Positions 8,163 to 17,052 of a stretch of DNA of 42,116 bases are shown in pieces. Both the position numbers and the translations under genes were made by a program. Position 1 is the first letter of the stretch. Every line of letters starts with the position of its first letter. The stretch is taken from assembly GCA_043813445.1 (NCBI GenBank), contig JBDRLD010000063.1, forward strand, positions 1 to 42,116, in the 5' to 3' direction. This stretch comes from Candidatus Uhrbacteria bacterium. GTDB taxonomy: Bacteria; Patescibacteriota; Patescibacteriia; JACPHY01. The notes under the pieces are model-generated. The model did not search any database. It had not been told where the DNA came from and saw only the letters and a program-made list of their open reading frames with translations.

Positions 8163-8906
8163 CTAGGTTCGATTCTGCGTTTTCTTAAGCTCCTCGACCG
8201 TTAGCGTATCGCTGATTATATACTGTCCCACGCGGGTGCGTTCTAGTGCAGATAGGTAGCCGCCGACGCCGAGCTGCTCACCAATATCACGTGCGAGCGA
8301 GCGGATGTAGGTGCCGGGTCCGCAGACGACGCGGAGTATGAGTTGAGAGTTGAGAGTGGATAGTTGATAGTTGAGGAGCTCAATCTCCTTAATTTCGACC
8401 TCGCGCGGCTCCATCTGTATGTCCTCACCCTTCCGCATGCGGCGGTGTGCCGGCTTGCCTTTGATTTTGATTGCGCTGTACTTTGGAGGGACTTGTTGGA
8501 TGTGGCCGATGAATTGTTGGAGTATAGGTAGTACTTCTTGGAGCGTTGGAGGTAACCACCCCCCCTCGCCCCCCCACCGAGAAGGATTGGGGGAATCTAT
8601 TTTTTTCTCCCCCACCCACCGGGAGGGGGAGTTAGAGGGGGTGGGGGTGACGGTTCCCTCCGCATCATCCGTGTCAGAGGTTGCACCGAGTGTGATGGTG
8701 GCGATGTACTCCTTTTCCTTTGCGACAATACCCGCGAGCTGTTTGGTTGCGTCGCGGCCAATACCAATAACAAGCACGCCGCTTGCCATGGGATCGAGTG
8801 TTCCCGCATGACCAACACGCCGCTCGCCGGTGATGCGGCGCACGGCGTTGACGATATCGTGCGAGGTCGGCCCCTTCGGTTTGTTGATGGCAACGATGTT
8901 GTCCAT
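8163..8906 (-). CDS. truB: tRNA pseudouridine(55) synthase TruB
   Basis: KPKGPTSHDIV and catalytic GHAGTLDPMASGVL motifs, plus C-terminal GTYIRSLARD. Contains two repeat-derived in-frame insertions. Confidence 0.9.
   Translation of the reverse strand: MDNIVAINKPKGPTSHDIVNAVRRITGERRVGHAGTLDPMASGVLVIGIGRDATKQLAGIVAKEKEYIATITLGATSDTDDAEGTVTPTPSNSPSRWVGEKKIDSPNPSRWGGEGGWLPPTLQEVLPILQQFIGHIQQVPPKYSAIKIKGKPAHRRMRKGEDIQMEPREVEIKEIELLNYQLSTLNSQLILRVVCGPGTYIRSLARDIGEQLGVGGYLSALERTRVGQYIISDTLTVEELKKTQNRT
8341..8376. repeat. heptamer array AGTTGAG/AGTTGAT (5 units) inside truB
   Basis: AGTTGAG AGTTGAG AGTGGAT AGTTGAT AGTTGAG. The same family occurs at 17183-17216, 32486-32510 and 33696-33726. Confidence 0.8.
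8555..8648. repeat. GC-rich palindromic element (two inverted units) inside truB
   Basis: ACCCCCCCTCGCCCCCCC...GGGGGAA, a short T-rich spacer, then CTCCCCCACCCACCGGGAGGGGGAGTTAGAGGGGGT. Related units occur at 29821-29882, 33348-33467 and 34157-34195. Confidence 0.75.
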
Positions 8907-8912
8907 ATCGAT

Positions 8913-9938
8913 CTATGCATTCGGCGCTTCCCACGTAAGAATTTCTTGCACGTAGCGGATGTCTATTTCGCGCGCTGAATCGGGGTTCGCACCCTGCGCG
9001 TATCCTTGTATGACGACGAGCGGACGCTCCACGGGGAAGCGTTTGAAGAATGCAAGGAACCCATCACCACCGTACTGCGCGCGCAGTGATGCGAGGTTCG
9101 ATTTGGAAACGACAAGCGTTTCCGCATCGCGTCGCATTAGTGGATTGAACGGACGATGGGTTATGACGGTGCCTGGCTGTTCGTATGGCGCAACGATCTC
9201 GCGAAGCTTCTCGGCCCCACCAAAGACGCTCTCGCCGTCGAATGTAGCACGCTCTCCGCGCGCGAGCAAGACGTTCAATTTGTGCAGTGTTATCGCCTCA
9301 TCTTCGACAAGTGCGATGGAATCTGTTCCTTCAACCAGCACGTCATCAATAGTCTCGATGATGAGGCCCTTCGTATCACGATCGAAGCGGAGGAGCTTTG
9401 TCCCTGCGGAGAGGCGATGCGGATTAACGAGGAGCTCGGCTGCATCGGCGGCACCCATCGTATCGAGTATCGGAATAGTTGCAGATATACGATTTGTAAT
9501 GTCGCCACGCTGTCCGCCCGCAGTGTTTGTGTCGATCGCGTAGCCGGCATACACTGCACTGAGTTGGAAAAGTCGACCGAGATCAACGTCCGATACGTCC
9601 GCGCATGACCGTTGGAGACGGAGGAGCTCATGTCGCAGACCTGCACTGTAATTGACTGGAAGAATACTTGATATCATATCCGCGCCGGCGAGCAAGCGGC
9701 CAACGGATTCGTAGTATGTGTTTTGTCGTTCACGTTCCCAGTCCGGGAGTTCTGCGGGGAGAAATGCTTCTTGAAGATTTCGTGACCACAAAAGCTGATC
9801 CTCGGGGATATTCAGCGAGAAGAAATGGGTGACGTAGTCGTCGATGTTCTGGCGGAAGCGGTCGTTAAATCGCTTTCTATCGTCGAGTATATTGGTGATT
9901 GGTTCGGCTTCTGAGCTATTGCGCCGTTCGATGGACAT
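8913..9938 (-). CDS. hypothetical protein
   Basis: ORF 8913..10007 trimmed to the ATG at 9938 (MSIERRNSS...). The stop is 6 nt before the truB start, so the two are probably co-transcribed. No family recognised. Confidence 0.6.
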   Translation of the reverse strand: MSIERRNSSEAEPITNILDDRKRFNDRFRQNIDDYVTHFFSLNIPEDQLLWSRNLQEAFLPAELPDWERERQNTYYESVGRLLAGADMISSILPVNYSAGLRHELLRLQRSCADVSDVDLGRLFQLSAVYAGYAIDTNTAGGQRGDITNRISATIPILDTMGAADAAELLVNPHRLSAGTKLLRFDRDTKGLIIETIDDVLVEGTDSIALVEDEAITLHKLNVLLARGERATFDGESVFGGAEKLREIVAPYEQPGTVITHRPFNPLMRRDAETLVVSKSNLASLRAQYGGDGFLAFFKRFPVERPLVVIQGYAQGANPDSAREIDIRYVQEILTWEAPNA

Positions 9939-10016
9939 ACTTGATTGTTTTGCGTGCTTGCGGTACGCTCGTGAAGTGGGATGTGTTGGTAGGGGGCCCT
10001 TCCTCAAATATACTCT

Positions 10017-10089
10017 CGGGCCGTAGCTCAGTTGGCAGAGCGCCTGGTTTGGGACCAGGAGGTCGTGAGTTCGAGCCTCGCCGGCCCGA
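10017..10089 (+). tRNA. tRNA-Pro (anticodon TGG)
   Basis: Acceptor CGGGCCG/CGGCCCG, anticodon arm CCTGG-TTTGGGA-CCAGG, T arm GTGAG-TTCGAGC-CTCGC. Confidence 0.9.
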
Positions 10090-10239
10090 GAGTGTACTGA
10101 GAGGATATAGGGAACTATTTCTATTGCAATTATACACTATGGAGGCGCCATTCAGGTGTGTCCGTAGCTCTGTGAGAACGAGAAGAGGCCTCGACTAACT
10201 GTCGAGGCCTCCATCGCTTCTCGGCCGAAGTGGCTGCGG

Positions 10240-10548
10240 TCACGCCGCGAGACGGAGCCGCGCCTGCTGCTGGATCACGCTTCGGATCTTGTGCTGGATG
10301 AACATCGCGGCGAGGGGGAGCTGCGCCACGAGTACGATCCGGTCGTCCATGACGGAGAGCGTTCCGGAGATGGTGTTCCCGAACGCCTTGAAGGAGAACG
10401 TGTTCGCGCACCCCTCCCAGGCCTCGTTGACGTCGGTGACGTTGCCGGAAAAGCGCTCCATGCAGTCGCTGACGAGACCTTGGATCCGTTCGATCGCTCC
10501 GGCCTGCCCGAGGTCGTGATCGACCTCGACCCTGAAGTTTCCTGCCAT
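10240..10548 (-). CDS. small protein resembling the polyhydroxyalkanoic acid system family (TIGR02610-like)
   Basis: ATG 10548 is preceded by GAGGAGGAAAC. The 102-aa layout (V.VDHDLG...W.G....F...G..ISG.L.V....I.L.A.L) resembles that family from memory. Confidence 0.5.
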   Translation of the reverse strand: MAGNFRVEVDHDLGQAGAIERIQGLVSDCMERFSGNVTDVNEAWEGCANTFSFKAFGNTISGTLSVMDDRIVLVAQLPLAAMFIQHKIRSVIQQQARLRLAA

Positions 10549-10602
10549 GTTTCCTCCTCGTGCTTGGCGGGTGAGCACTGTCGCACGACTGTGCAACACT
10601 GC

Positions 10603-10631
10603 ACCGTAGCATGATCGGAGAGTATTGTCAA
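10603..10631 (-). promoter_or_regulatory. sigma-70-type promoter TTGACA-N17-TACGGT
   Basis: Minus-strand TTGACA (10626-10631) and TACGGT (10603-10608) with a 17-nt spacer, upstream of 10548. Confidence 0.5.
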
Positions 10632-10691
10632 GGGGGAGATTATCGAAGGTCTATTTCAAGGTTGAACGCCCCCGAAGTGGCGCTCGTGGAC

Positions 10692-11354
10692 TTACGGGTA
10701 TACGTGGGTGGCTTCTTGTTCGGCAGCCAAGGGAAGCTGTTGCATTGGGAGTAATTTGAGGATGTCAGAGGTGAGTCGTTCAAGCTCCTGCTCGTCCGCA
10801 ACGAAATTTCTCGTGTCGGTCTCCACGCGCATGACCGGGGCAATTGTGGTTGTAGTCGCCCAAGTCTCGTAGTGGTGATTCAGTTCTTCGAGGTACGCAG
10901 TATCAATGTGCTGCTCATACGCATTGCCGCGCTGCTTGATGCGTTCGACGAGTGTTGGCACAGACGCCTGGAGGTAGATGACGAGCGTTGGTGTTGGGAG
11001 GTGCTGGATAAGCACGTGGTAGAGCGCCTCGTACGTATTCCAATCTCGTTGCGACAGGTATCCACGCTCGTACATGATGCGTGCAAAAATCTCGGCGTTT
11101 TCGTAGACGCTGCGGTCCTGGATAGCGGGGGCGTCCGCGGCCACGAGCGCGTGGTGTTCCTCAATGCGGTGCGCGAGGAAGAAAATTTGCGAGTGAAAGC
11201 ACCACCGCGGCATGTCCGCGTAGTAGTCAGAAAGATAGGGGTTGTCGCGTGCCGGTTCGAGGAATGTTTTCCAACCGAGCCGTTTGCCGAGGCGCGCGGT
11301 GAGTTCCGATTTCCCGACCCCCATGTTTCCGGCGACTGCGATAAAGTAGGACAT
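10692..11354 (-). CDS. deoxynucleoside kinase
   Basis: ATG 11354 (MSYFIAVAGNMGVGKS P-loop). FLEP...NPYL..YY and RSVYE motifs are typical of the dNK/dGK family. Confidence 0.85.
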   Translation of the reverse strand: MSYFIAVAGNMGVGKSELTARLGKRLGWKTFLEPARDNPYLSDYYADMPRWCFHSQIFFLAHRIEEHHALVAADAPAIQDRSVYENAEIFARIMYERGYLSQRDWNTYEALYHVLIQHLPTPTLVIYLQASVPTLVERIKQRGNAYEQHIDTAYLEELNHHYETWATTTTIAPVMRVETDTRNFVADEQELERLTSDILKLLPMQQLPLAAEQEATHVYP

Positions 11355-11548
11355 AGAGAATGCGAGACGCTTTCCGCTTGGCGCCAGACGCCGGAGACAG
11401 ACGGTAATGTATGAAATTGGGTACAAGGTAGGGGAGGGGCTTTGTCTGCCCCGTCGGATGACTGGGGTCCCCTCCCTCAAACCGTCCAAGACAATCGTAG
11501 CAAAAAATATTTCGCAACCAAAAACGCTCGTCCTGAGACGAGTGTTTT

Positions 11549-11623
11549 TGGTGCCGAGGGGCGGAATCGAACCGCCGACACGAGGCTCTTCAGGCCCCTG
11601 CTCTACCCCTGAGCTACCTCGGC
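11549..11623 (-). tRNA. tRNA-Phe (anticodon GAA), CCA encoded
   Basis: Acceptor GCCGAGG/CCTCGGC, anticodon loop CTGAAGA, T arm GGCGG-TTCGATT-CCGCC, 3' ACCA. Confidence 0.9.
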
Positions 11624-11745
11624 ACGAGCTGAGAGTCGCATGCGACGAGTGAGGTCAGCAATCGCGACGCAGAGGCGACATCGAGCTCGCTCGAATGGCG
11701 CGTCTGTGGCGTGATTGCGCGAACGTTTCGTTCGCATATGACCGA

Positions 11746-11908
11746 ACGAGGAACCGAGGTATCAAGCGTACTCGCGCAGATACTGAGCGGGGACACCAAG
11801 CTCGCATTCACCCATCCCCTTCGACTCCACTCCGTTTCGCTCAGGGAGTAACGGTGTACGAGGAACCGAGGTATCAAGCGTACTCGCGCAGATACTGAGC
11901 GGGGACAC
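11746..11908. repeat. 51-nt direct repeat pair (11746-11796 and 11858-11908)
   Basis: ACGAGGAACCGAGGTATCAAGCGTACTCGCGCAGATACTGAGCGGGGACAC occurs twice, identical, 112 nt apart, in the tRNA-Ile/tRNA-Phe spacer. Confidence 0.85.
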
Positions 11909-11932
11909 AAAGTCTATCTCATTCACTGCAGG

Positions 11933-12009
11933 TGGTGGGCGCACCAAGATTCGAACTTGGGACCTCTGCCTTATCAGGGCAGCGCTCTAACCAACTGAGC
12001 TATGCGCCC
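11933..12009 (-). tRNA. tRNA-Ile (anticodon GAT), CCA encoded
   Basis: Acceptor GGGCGCA/TGCGCCC, anticodon arm CTGCC-CTGATAA-GGCAG, T arm CCAAG-TTCGAAT-CTTGG. Confidence 0.9.
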
Positions 12010-12070
12010 GTCATCTGGAGTGGATGGATTGTGAACGAACAAGCCTACAGCATCGCTGTAGCTCAGGGAG

Positions 12071-12099
12071 AGCATAACACGGGTGGGTGAGCTGCGCAA
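12071..12099 (-). promoter_or_regulatory. promoter TTGCGC-N17-TATGCT for the tRNA-Ile/tRNA-Phe unit
   Basis: Minus-strand hexamers at 12094-12099 and 12071-12076 with a 17-nt spacer. Confidence 0.45.
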
Positions 12100-12100
12100 G

Positions 12101-12139
12101 AACACCAAACGCCCCGGCAGAGCCAGGGCGTTTGGTGTT
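12101..12139 (-). terminator. hairpin terminator after CDS 12154..13074
   Basis: AACACCAAACGCCC...GGGCGTTTGGTGTT long stem immediately downstream of the stop. Confidence 0.55.
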
Positions 12140-12153
12140 GTGGCCTGTGGTGA

Positions 12154-13074
12154 TTACTCGGTAGATCGAATGGAGAGTTGCGGGTCTTGATCGATGAGGC
12201 GCTCGGCAGTACGCCGTGCGAAATCGGGCGGGAGTGTTTCCTTGCGGTGCTGCCAGATTTCTCTCATGAGGTCCGTAGCGATGCGATTCACAACTCCCCC
12301 AAGTTCTGGGTGTTGCAACTTCCACACACCCTTGGCGTCGAGGACGCCGAGTTCGGTACATCGCTGTGCGAAGGCTTTTTCGTTTTTGGTGCGTACGTAG
12401 AGCTCCTGCTGAATGAATGTTGGAGCATAGTACCCAGGCTCGCTTGGAGTATCGTGCGATTTGGTTACATCGTCTAGGAGGACTTCCGTTGCGTGCTCTG
12501 GATGAATATACGCATTTGCCGCGCGAACGGCCTTGCGCTCCAGCGCTACGCGTTCTTCACGCAATACTTGCTCCGGCTTTCCGGCACGCTCCTGTTCGTA
12601 CGCGAGGATTGCTTCCTTCATCTCCTCCGCGAGGTAGTCCTTCAATTCTTCATCATGCACGTCGATATTCAACACGTGACGATGTGGATTCGACTCCGGA
12701 TCCCAACGACGCCCCTCTTTAACGACTTGCGCATCCTCTAGCATGCTCACAGTGTTGTCGTCGCCCTCATTGTTTGCGCGATCGGCCGCGCGCTGCAGGA
12801 GCGCGACAGTTGCGCGTTCCGTAGCTTCGTGCACGTGTTTCAATTGAAGGTCGCCCAGATCGAGTGATTCGACGTCGAGTGCATTTGCCTGAGTCAGGTC
12901 TCCAAGCGCTCCCTCAAGTGAGATCCGGTCTCGCTTCCAGCGGCGCTCAGAAATGATGTGCGCCGCTTCCCCCTGTGTGCCAGCTTGTTGTTCGATTTCG
13001 TCTGGCGGTAGTGAATCTTCCGGTCCGGATTCCTTCCACCACTGTGATTCTGTGACTGCCATAGATTGCTCCAT
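12154..13074 (-). CDS. hypothetical acidic protein
   Basis: 306-aa ORF with its own promoter and terminator, lying between the 16S rRNA gene and tRNA-Ile. No family recognised. Confidence 0.6.
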   Translation of the reverse strand: MEQSMAVTESQWWKESGPEDSLPPDEIEQQAGTQGEAAHIISERRWKRDRISLEGALGDLTQANALDVESLDLGDLQLKHVHEATERATVALLQRAADRANNEGDDNTVSMLEDAQVVKEGRRWDPESNPHRHVLNIDVHDEELKDYLAEEMKEAILAYEQERAGKPEQVLREERVALERKAVRAANAYIHPEHATEVLLDDVTKSHDTPSEPGYYAPTFIQQELYVRTKNEKAFAQRCTELGVLDAKGVWKLQHPELGGVVNRIATDLMREIWQHRKETLPPDFARRTAERLIDQDPQLSIRSTE

Positions 13075-13096
13075 TTTGATGACGACACTTAGTTTG

Positions 13097-13125
13097 AGTA
13101 TAGATATTCATGGGATCATACGCAA
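13097..13125 (-). promoter_or_regulatory. promoter TTGCGT-N17-TATACT
   Basis: Minus-strand hexamers at 13120-13125 and 13097-13102, upstream of the ATG at 13074. Confidence 0.45.
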
Positions 13126-13131
13126 ACGCAA

Positions 13132-13161
13132 CAGCCCACCCTTCGTATGAAGGGTGGGCTG
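13132..13161 (-). terminator. hairpin terminator downstream of the 16S rRNA
   Basis: 13-bp stem CAGCCCACCCTTC / GAAGGGTGGGCTG with loop GTAT. Confidence 0.55.
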
Positions 13162-13188
13162 GTTGCTTGCAGAAAAAGGTACAACAAC

Positions 13189-13217
13189 CGTTATCTATCT
13201 GAAGAGTGGTAGGTAAG
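13189..13217 (-). other. 16S trailer half of the rRNA processing stem
   Basis: CGTTATCTATCTGAAGAGTGGTAGGTAAG is complementary to leader 14906-14929 (CTTACCACTCTTCAGTTGATAACG). Confidence 0.6.
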
Positions 13218-13306
13218 CCCGACTTCGGCATCCCCGAAGGGTACCGATCGACCTGGAGTGTCTTTACTTCAATCATTTCTGATCTCAGCGCAGAATGAAC
13301 TCCTAG

Positions 13307-14791
<1,485 letters not shown>

Positions 14792-14905
14792 GGAAATGCC
14801 GTAGCATCTCCACGGTGTTGAGTCGATGATGACTCGATATTCAATCTTTGTGTAATTGATTTGCACACCTCATGCTCTGCAATCAGAGATGAGATGGCGG
14901 ACTCA

Positions 14906-14929
14906 CTTACCACTCTTCAGTTGATAACG
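14906..14929 (-). other. 16S leader half of the rRNA processing stem
   Basis: Complementary to 13189-13217. This is the classic RNase III-type stem enclosing the 16S. Confidence 0.6.
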
Positions 14930-15284
14930 TACGTTCCTTATCGGAACCACCGATGACGCACTGATCGGAGACTGATCACGCACTGATTCGTGCGCCACCT
15001 GTTTCTATCGGTGTATCATCCGTCTCTTTGTTCCTCTCCGCAGGTGAGCGCATGCGCGGACACCGTCCGGACGTAGCACCGTAATATATGGTGCGATAGT
15101 GTCCGGGGTCGGCATGGGCTCGCCCGTGGAGACGATGAAGGTACAATGATTTGTGTGTTCAGCGAACAGAAAACCGCGACCCCCAATCAGATCAGGATGG
15201 CCCCGGTTTTGCGTTCCTCCTGACCGTCTGGAGGGAGTGCTTCTGCGAACCTCGAATTTCGAGGCTACCTTTGAACCTATAGCT

Positions 15285-15312
15285 ATCCTACAGGGTACAA
15301 AAACGTTGTCAA
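15285..15312 (-). promoter_or_regulatory. candidate rRNA promoter TTGACA-N16-TAGGAT with AT-rich upstream region
   Basis: Minus-strand TTGACA at 15307-15312 and TAGGAT at 15285-15290. The upstream sequence GAAAAACTATGTATTTTCTTAGGA is UP-element-like. Confidence 0.45.
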
Positions 15313-15360
15313 GTCCTAAGAAAATACATAGTTTTTCCACCCCTCCTCCACAGGAATAGG

Positions 15361-15382
15361 AAAACCCCGCCGAGGCGGGGTT
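15361..15382 (-). terminator. intrinsic terminator
   Basis: CCCCGC-CGAG-GCGGGG, followed on the minus strand by TTTT. Confidence 0.6.
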
Positions 15383-15423
15383 CGGGGCGTCCTGTGTCCT
15401 CAGACGTAGTAGCCCTCCGTCGC

Positions 15424-15861
15424 TCAGCCATACTGCTTGGCGGAGAATCTGCGGAGGTCCCCCAAGTGCACGAGTAGCAATCCGCCGAAGAGTTTCATGG
15501 TGCGCACCTCGGCGTTGTCGATGATGAGTGTCGTATCCACGTCCACCGTAATCGACTCCGAAGCAGGGATCCATTCCGGATCACGGAGATAGCCCTGGCG
15601 AGGAGTCATGTTGAAGATCTCCTGATCTTCAACATCGGGAGTGAGTGCGCTGGCTCCGGCCTCTCCATCCCCTCGAATGGCTCCGACCACAAAGGAGTCC
15701 ATGTGTTCTTCGTGCGCCATGATCGCGTTGAGGACCTCCTCAGGTGAGGCGCCATCCTGCAATTTCGGAATCGCACACTCGCCGAGTTTGCGACACTCCT
15801 CGGGTGCGTCGCTCCGCATGACCAGTGCTCGAATGAAGAACTTGTGTCGCAATCTTCCCAC
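15424..15861 (-). CDS. hypothetical protein, paralogue B of 16023..16397
   Basis: GTG start at 15861 is preceded by AAGGAAGGAG. It shares the I..x.MRSDAPExCRxxGxCxIP motif and a C-terminal EW(I/V)P...LL(L/V) region with the neighbour. It has its own promoter and terminator. Confidence 0.55.
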   Translation of the reverse strand: MGRLRHKFFIRALVMRSDAPEECRKLGECAIPKLQDGASPEEVLNAIMAHEEHMDSFVVGAIRGDGEAGASALTPDVEDQEIFNMTPRQGYLRDPEWIPASESITVDVDTTLIIDNAEVRTMKLFGGLLLVHLGDLRRFSAKQYG

Positions 15862-15915
15862 TTTTAGCTCCTTCCTTTGCCTACTAGAGACATGCTCGCG
15901 CGCGCAACAAACAAT

Positions 15916-15944
15916 AGAATAGCACGGCTGGATTGTACTGTCAA
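15916..15944 (-). promoter_or_regulatory. promoter TTGACA-N17-TATTCT
   Basis: Minus-strand hexamers at 15939-15944 and 15916-15921. Confidence 0.5.
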
Positions 15945-15960
15945 GTACTGTTCGAAAAGG

Positions 15961-16006
15961 AAAACCCCGCCTCGTAGGATGCATTGGATGCCATCCATGG
16001 GCGGGG
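15961..16006 (-). terminator. intrinsic terminator
   Basis: CCCCGCC...GGCGGGG stem, followed on the minus strand by TTTT. The 5' flank AGGAAAACCCCGCC is shared with the terminator at 15361. Confidence 0.5.
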
Positions 16007-16022
16007 TCGTCTGCCTACCATG

Positions 16023-16397
16023 TCAATGTGCCGCGAGATGCGCGTGGAGGTTTTCCCGGAGGACAAGGAGGTGCCCGTGGAGGAGACGTGTTCTGATCGT
16101 GCTGATTTGCAGGAACCGTCCGGACTTGAGTCCGGAGAGATGTAACGCATCCGCGAGCGGAACCCACTCGGATTCGCGCGCGCCATCCGGCTTCGGATGG
16201 TTGATACGAACGCCGCGCCCAGTGATGGTGTAGCAATCGAAGTGTGTCTCATGCGTTCGGACGTGCTCCTCGAGTGCGGCTCCACAGTAGCGCGCCTCTG
16301 TAGGTATGACGCACTGTCCGGCGTGTCGGCATTTTTCCGGAGCGTCGCTGCGCATGATGCTCACGAATCGTATGGCCGCTTGTCGTCGATCGTCCAT
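16023..16397 (-). CDS. hypothetical protein, paralogue A of 15424..15861
   Basis: 124 aa. GAAGGAGG lies 6 nt upstream of the ATG. Contains the MRSDAPEKCRHAGQCVIP motif. Confidence 0.6.
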   Translation of the reverse strand: MDDRRQAAIRFVSIMRSDAPEKCRHAGQCVIPTEARYCGAALEEHVRTHETHFDCYTITGRGVRINHPKPDGARESEWVPLADALHLSGLKSGRFLQISTIRTRLLHGHLLVLRENLHAHLAAH

Positions 16398-16441
16398 TCG
16401 GTACCTCCTTCACTCGCGATGGCGCGTGCTACTGTGCCGCG

Positions 16442-16987
16442 CTAGTGTTCGCCGTGCATCTTTCGAATCAATTCGATCACGCACTTGTCCCGCTCTCGAA
16501 TGAGTGAGTGCCGTTCGACTTCCCACGCGCCATTTTCGTGTTGTCGCTTCACGACATCGGGGAAGATTTCGAGGAGCACCTCGGGATCGACGCCGCCCGC
16601 ACGCTCTCCCGCCTCCTCGAGCGTGATGTACTCGAGCTCCTGTTGCTGTGGTGCTTGCTCGGGGACACGGAATTCGCAAGCACGGACGACCGACTCATGG
16701 GCGATTATCCACGTGCGCCCGACTTGTCGCTTCTCGATGTCGTCGCGGGCCAGCAGCTCCTCGGGTGTGCACTGGAGAAGTGCGCACGCTTCGCCCAACG
16801 AGAGGTACTTGGGACTATGCGCGTCATCACGCTGGTAGTAGTCGCGCACGCGCTGGCGGAGCCCGATGAGATCTTCGAGTGTTGCCTCCGTGATTGCCCG
16901 AAGGGGAACGATGGCCACACCGAGCTCACCTTCGATGGTTATTACGTCTGGAAGGGCTTTGGCGAATGGATCGGGCGACATATCCAT
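16442..16987 (-). CDS. protein with two excisionase/MerR-like helix-turn-helix (HTH_17-like) modules
   Basis: ATG 16987 has AAGGAGG 8 nt upstream (the ORF-track start 17128 overlaps trmD). The two modules are YLSLGEACALLQCTPEELL...VGRTWII and YITLEEAGERAGGVDPEVLL...NGAWEV. Confidence 0.55.
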   Translation of the reverse strand: MDMSPDPFAKALPDVITIEGELGVAIVPLRAITEATLEDLIGLRQRVRDYYQRDDAHSPKYLSLGEACALLQCTPEELLARDDIEKRQVGRTWIIAHESVVRACEFRVPEQAPQQQELEYITLEEAGERAGGVDPEVLLEIFPDVVKRQHENGAWEVERHSLIRERDKCVIELIRKMHGEH

Positions 16988-17052
16988 GGCAAGAACCTCC
17001 TTGATGTTGTTGCAATGTACCGCAATGAGTGTATCCCTTTGCGGAATCGCTG

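Noticed and set aside
10162-10170. 9-nt match (CCGTAGCTC) to the 5' part of tRNA-Pro, 75 nt downstream of that tRNA
   Set aside because: It is too short to distinguish from chance in 42 kb, unlike the 17-nt (tRNA-Gly) and 25-nt (tRNA-Glu) duplications.
15005-15574. 189-aa minus-strand ORF upstream of the 16S gene
   Set aside because: It spans the terminator at 15361-15382, the putative rRNA promoter and the rRNA leader. It overlaps the better-supported gene 15424-15861 in another frame. It has no SD or recognisable domain and is likely a GC-driven spurious ORF.
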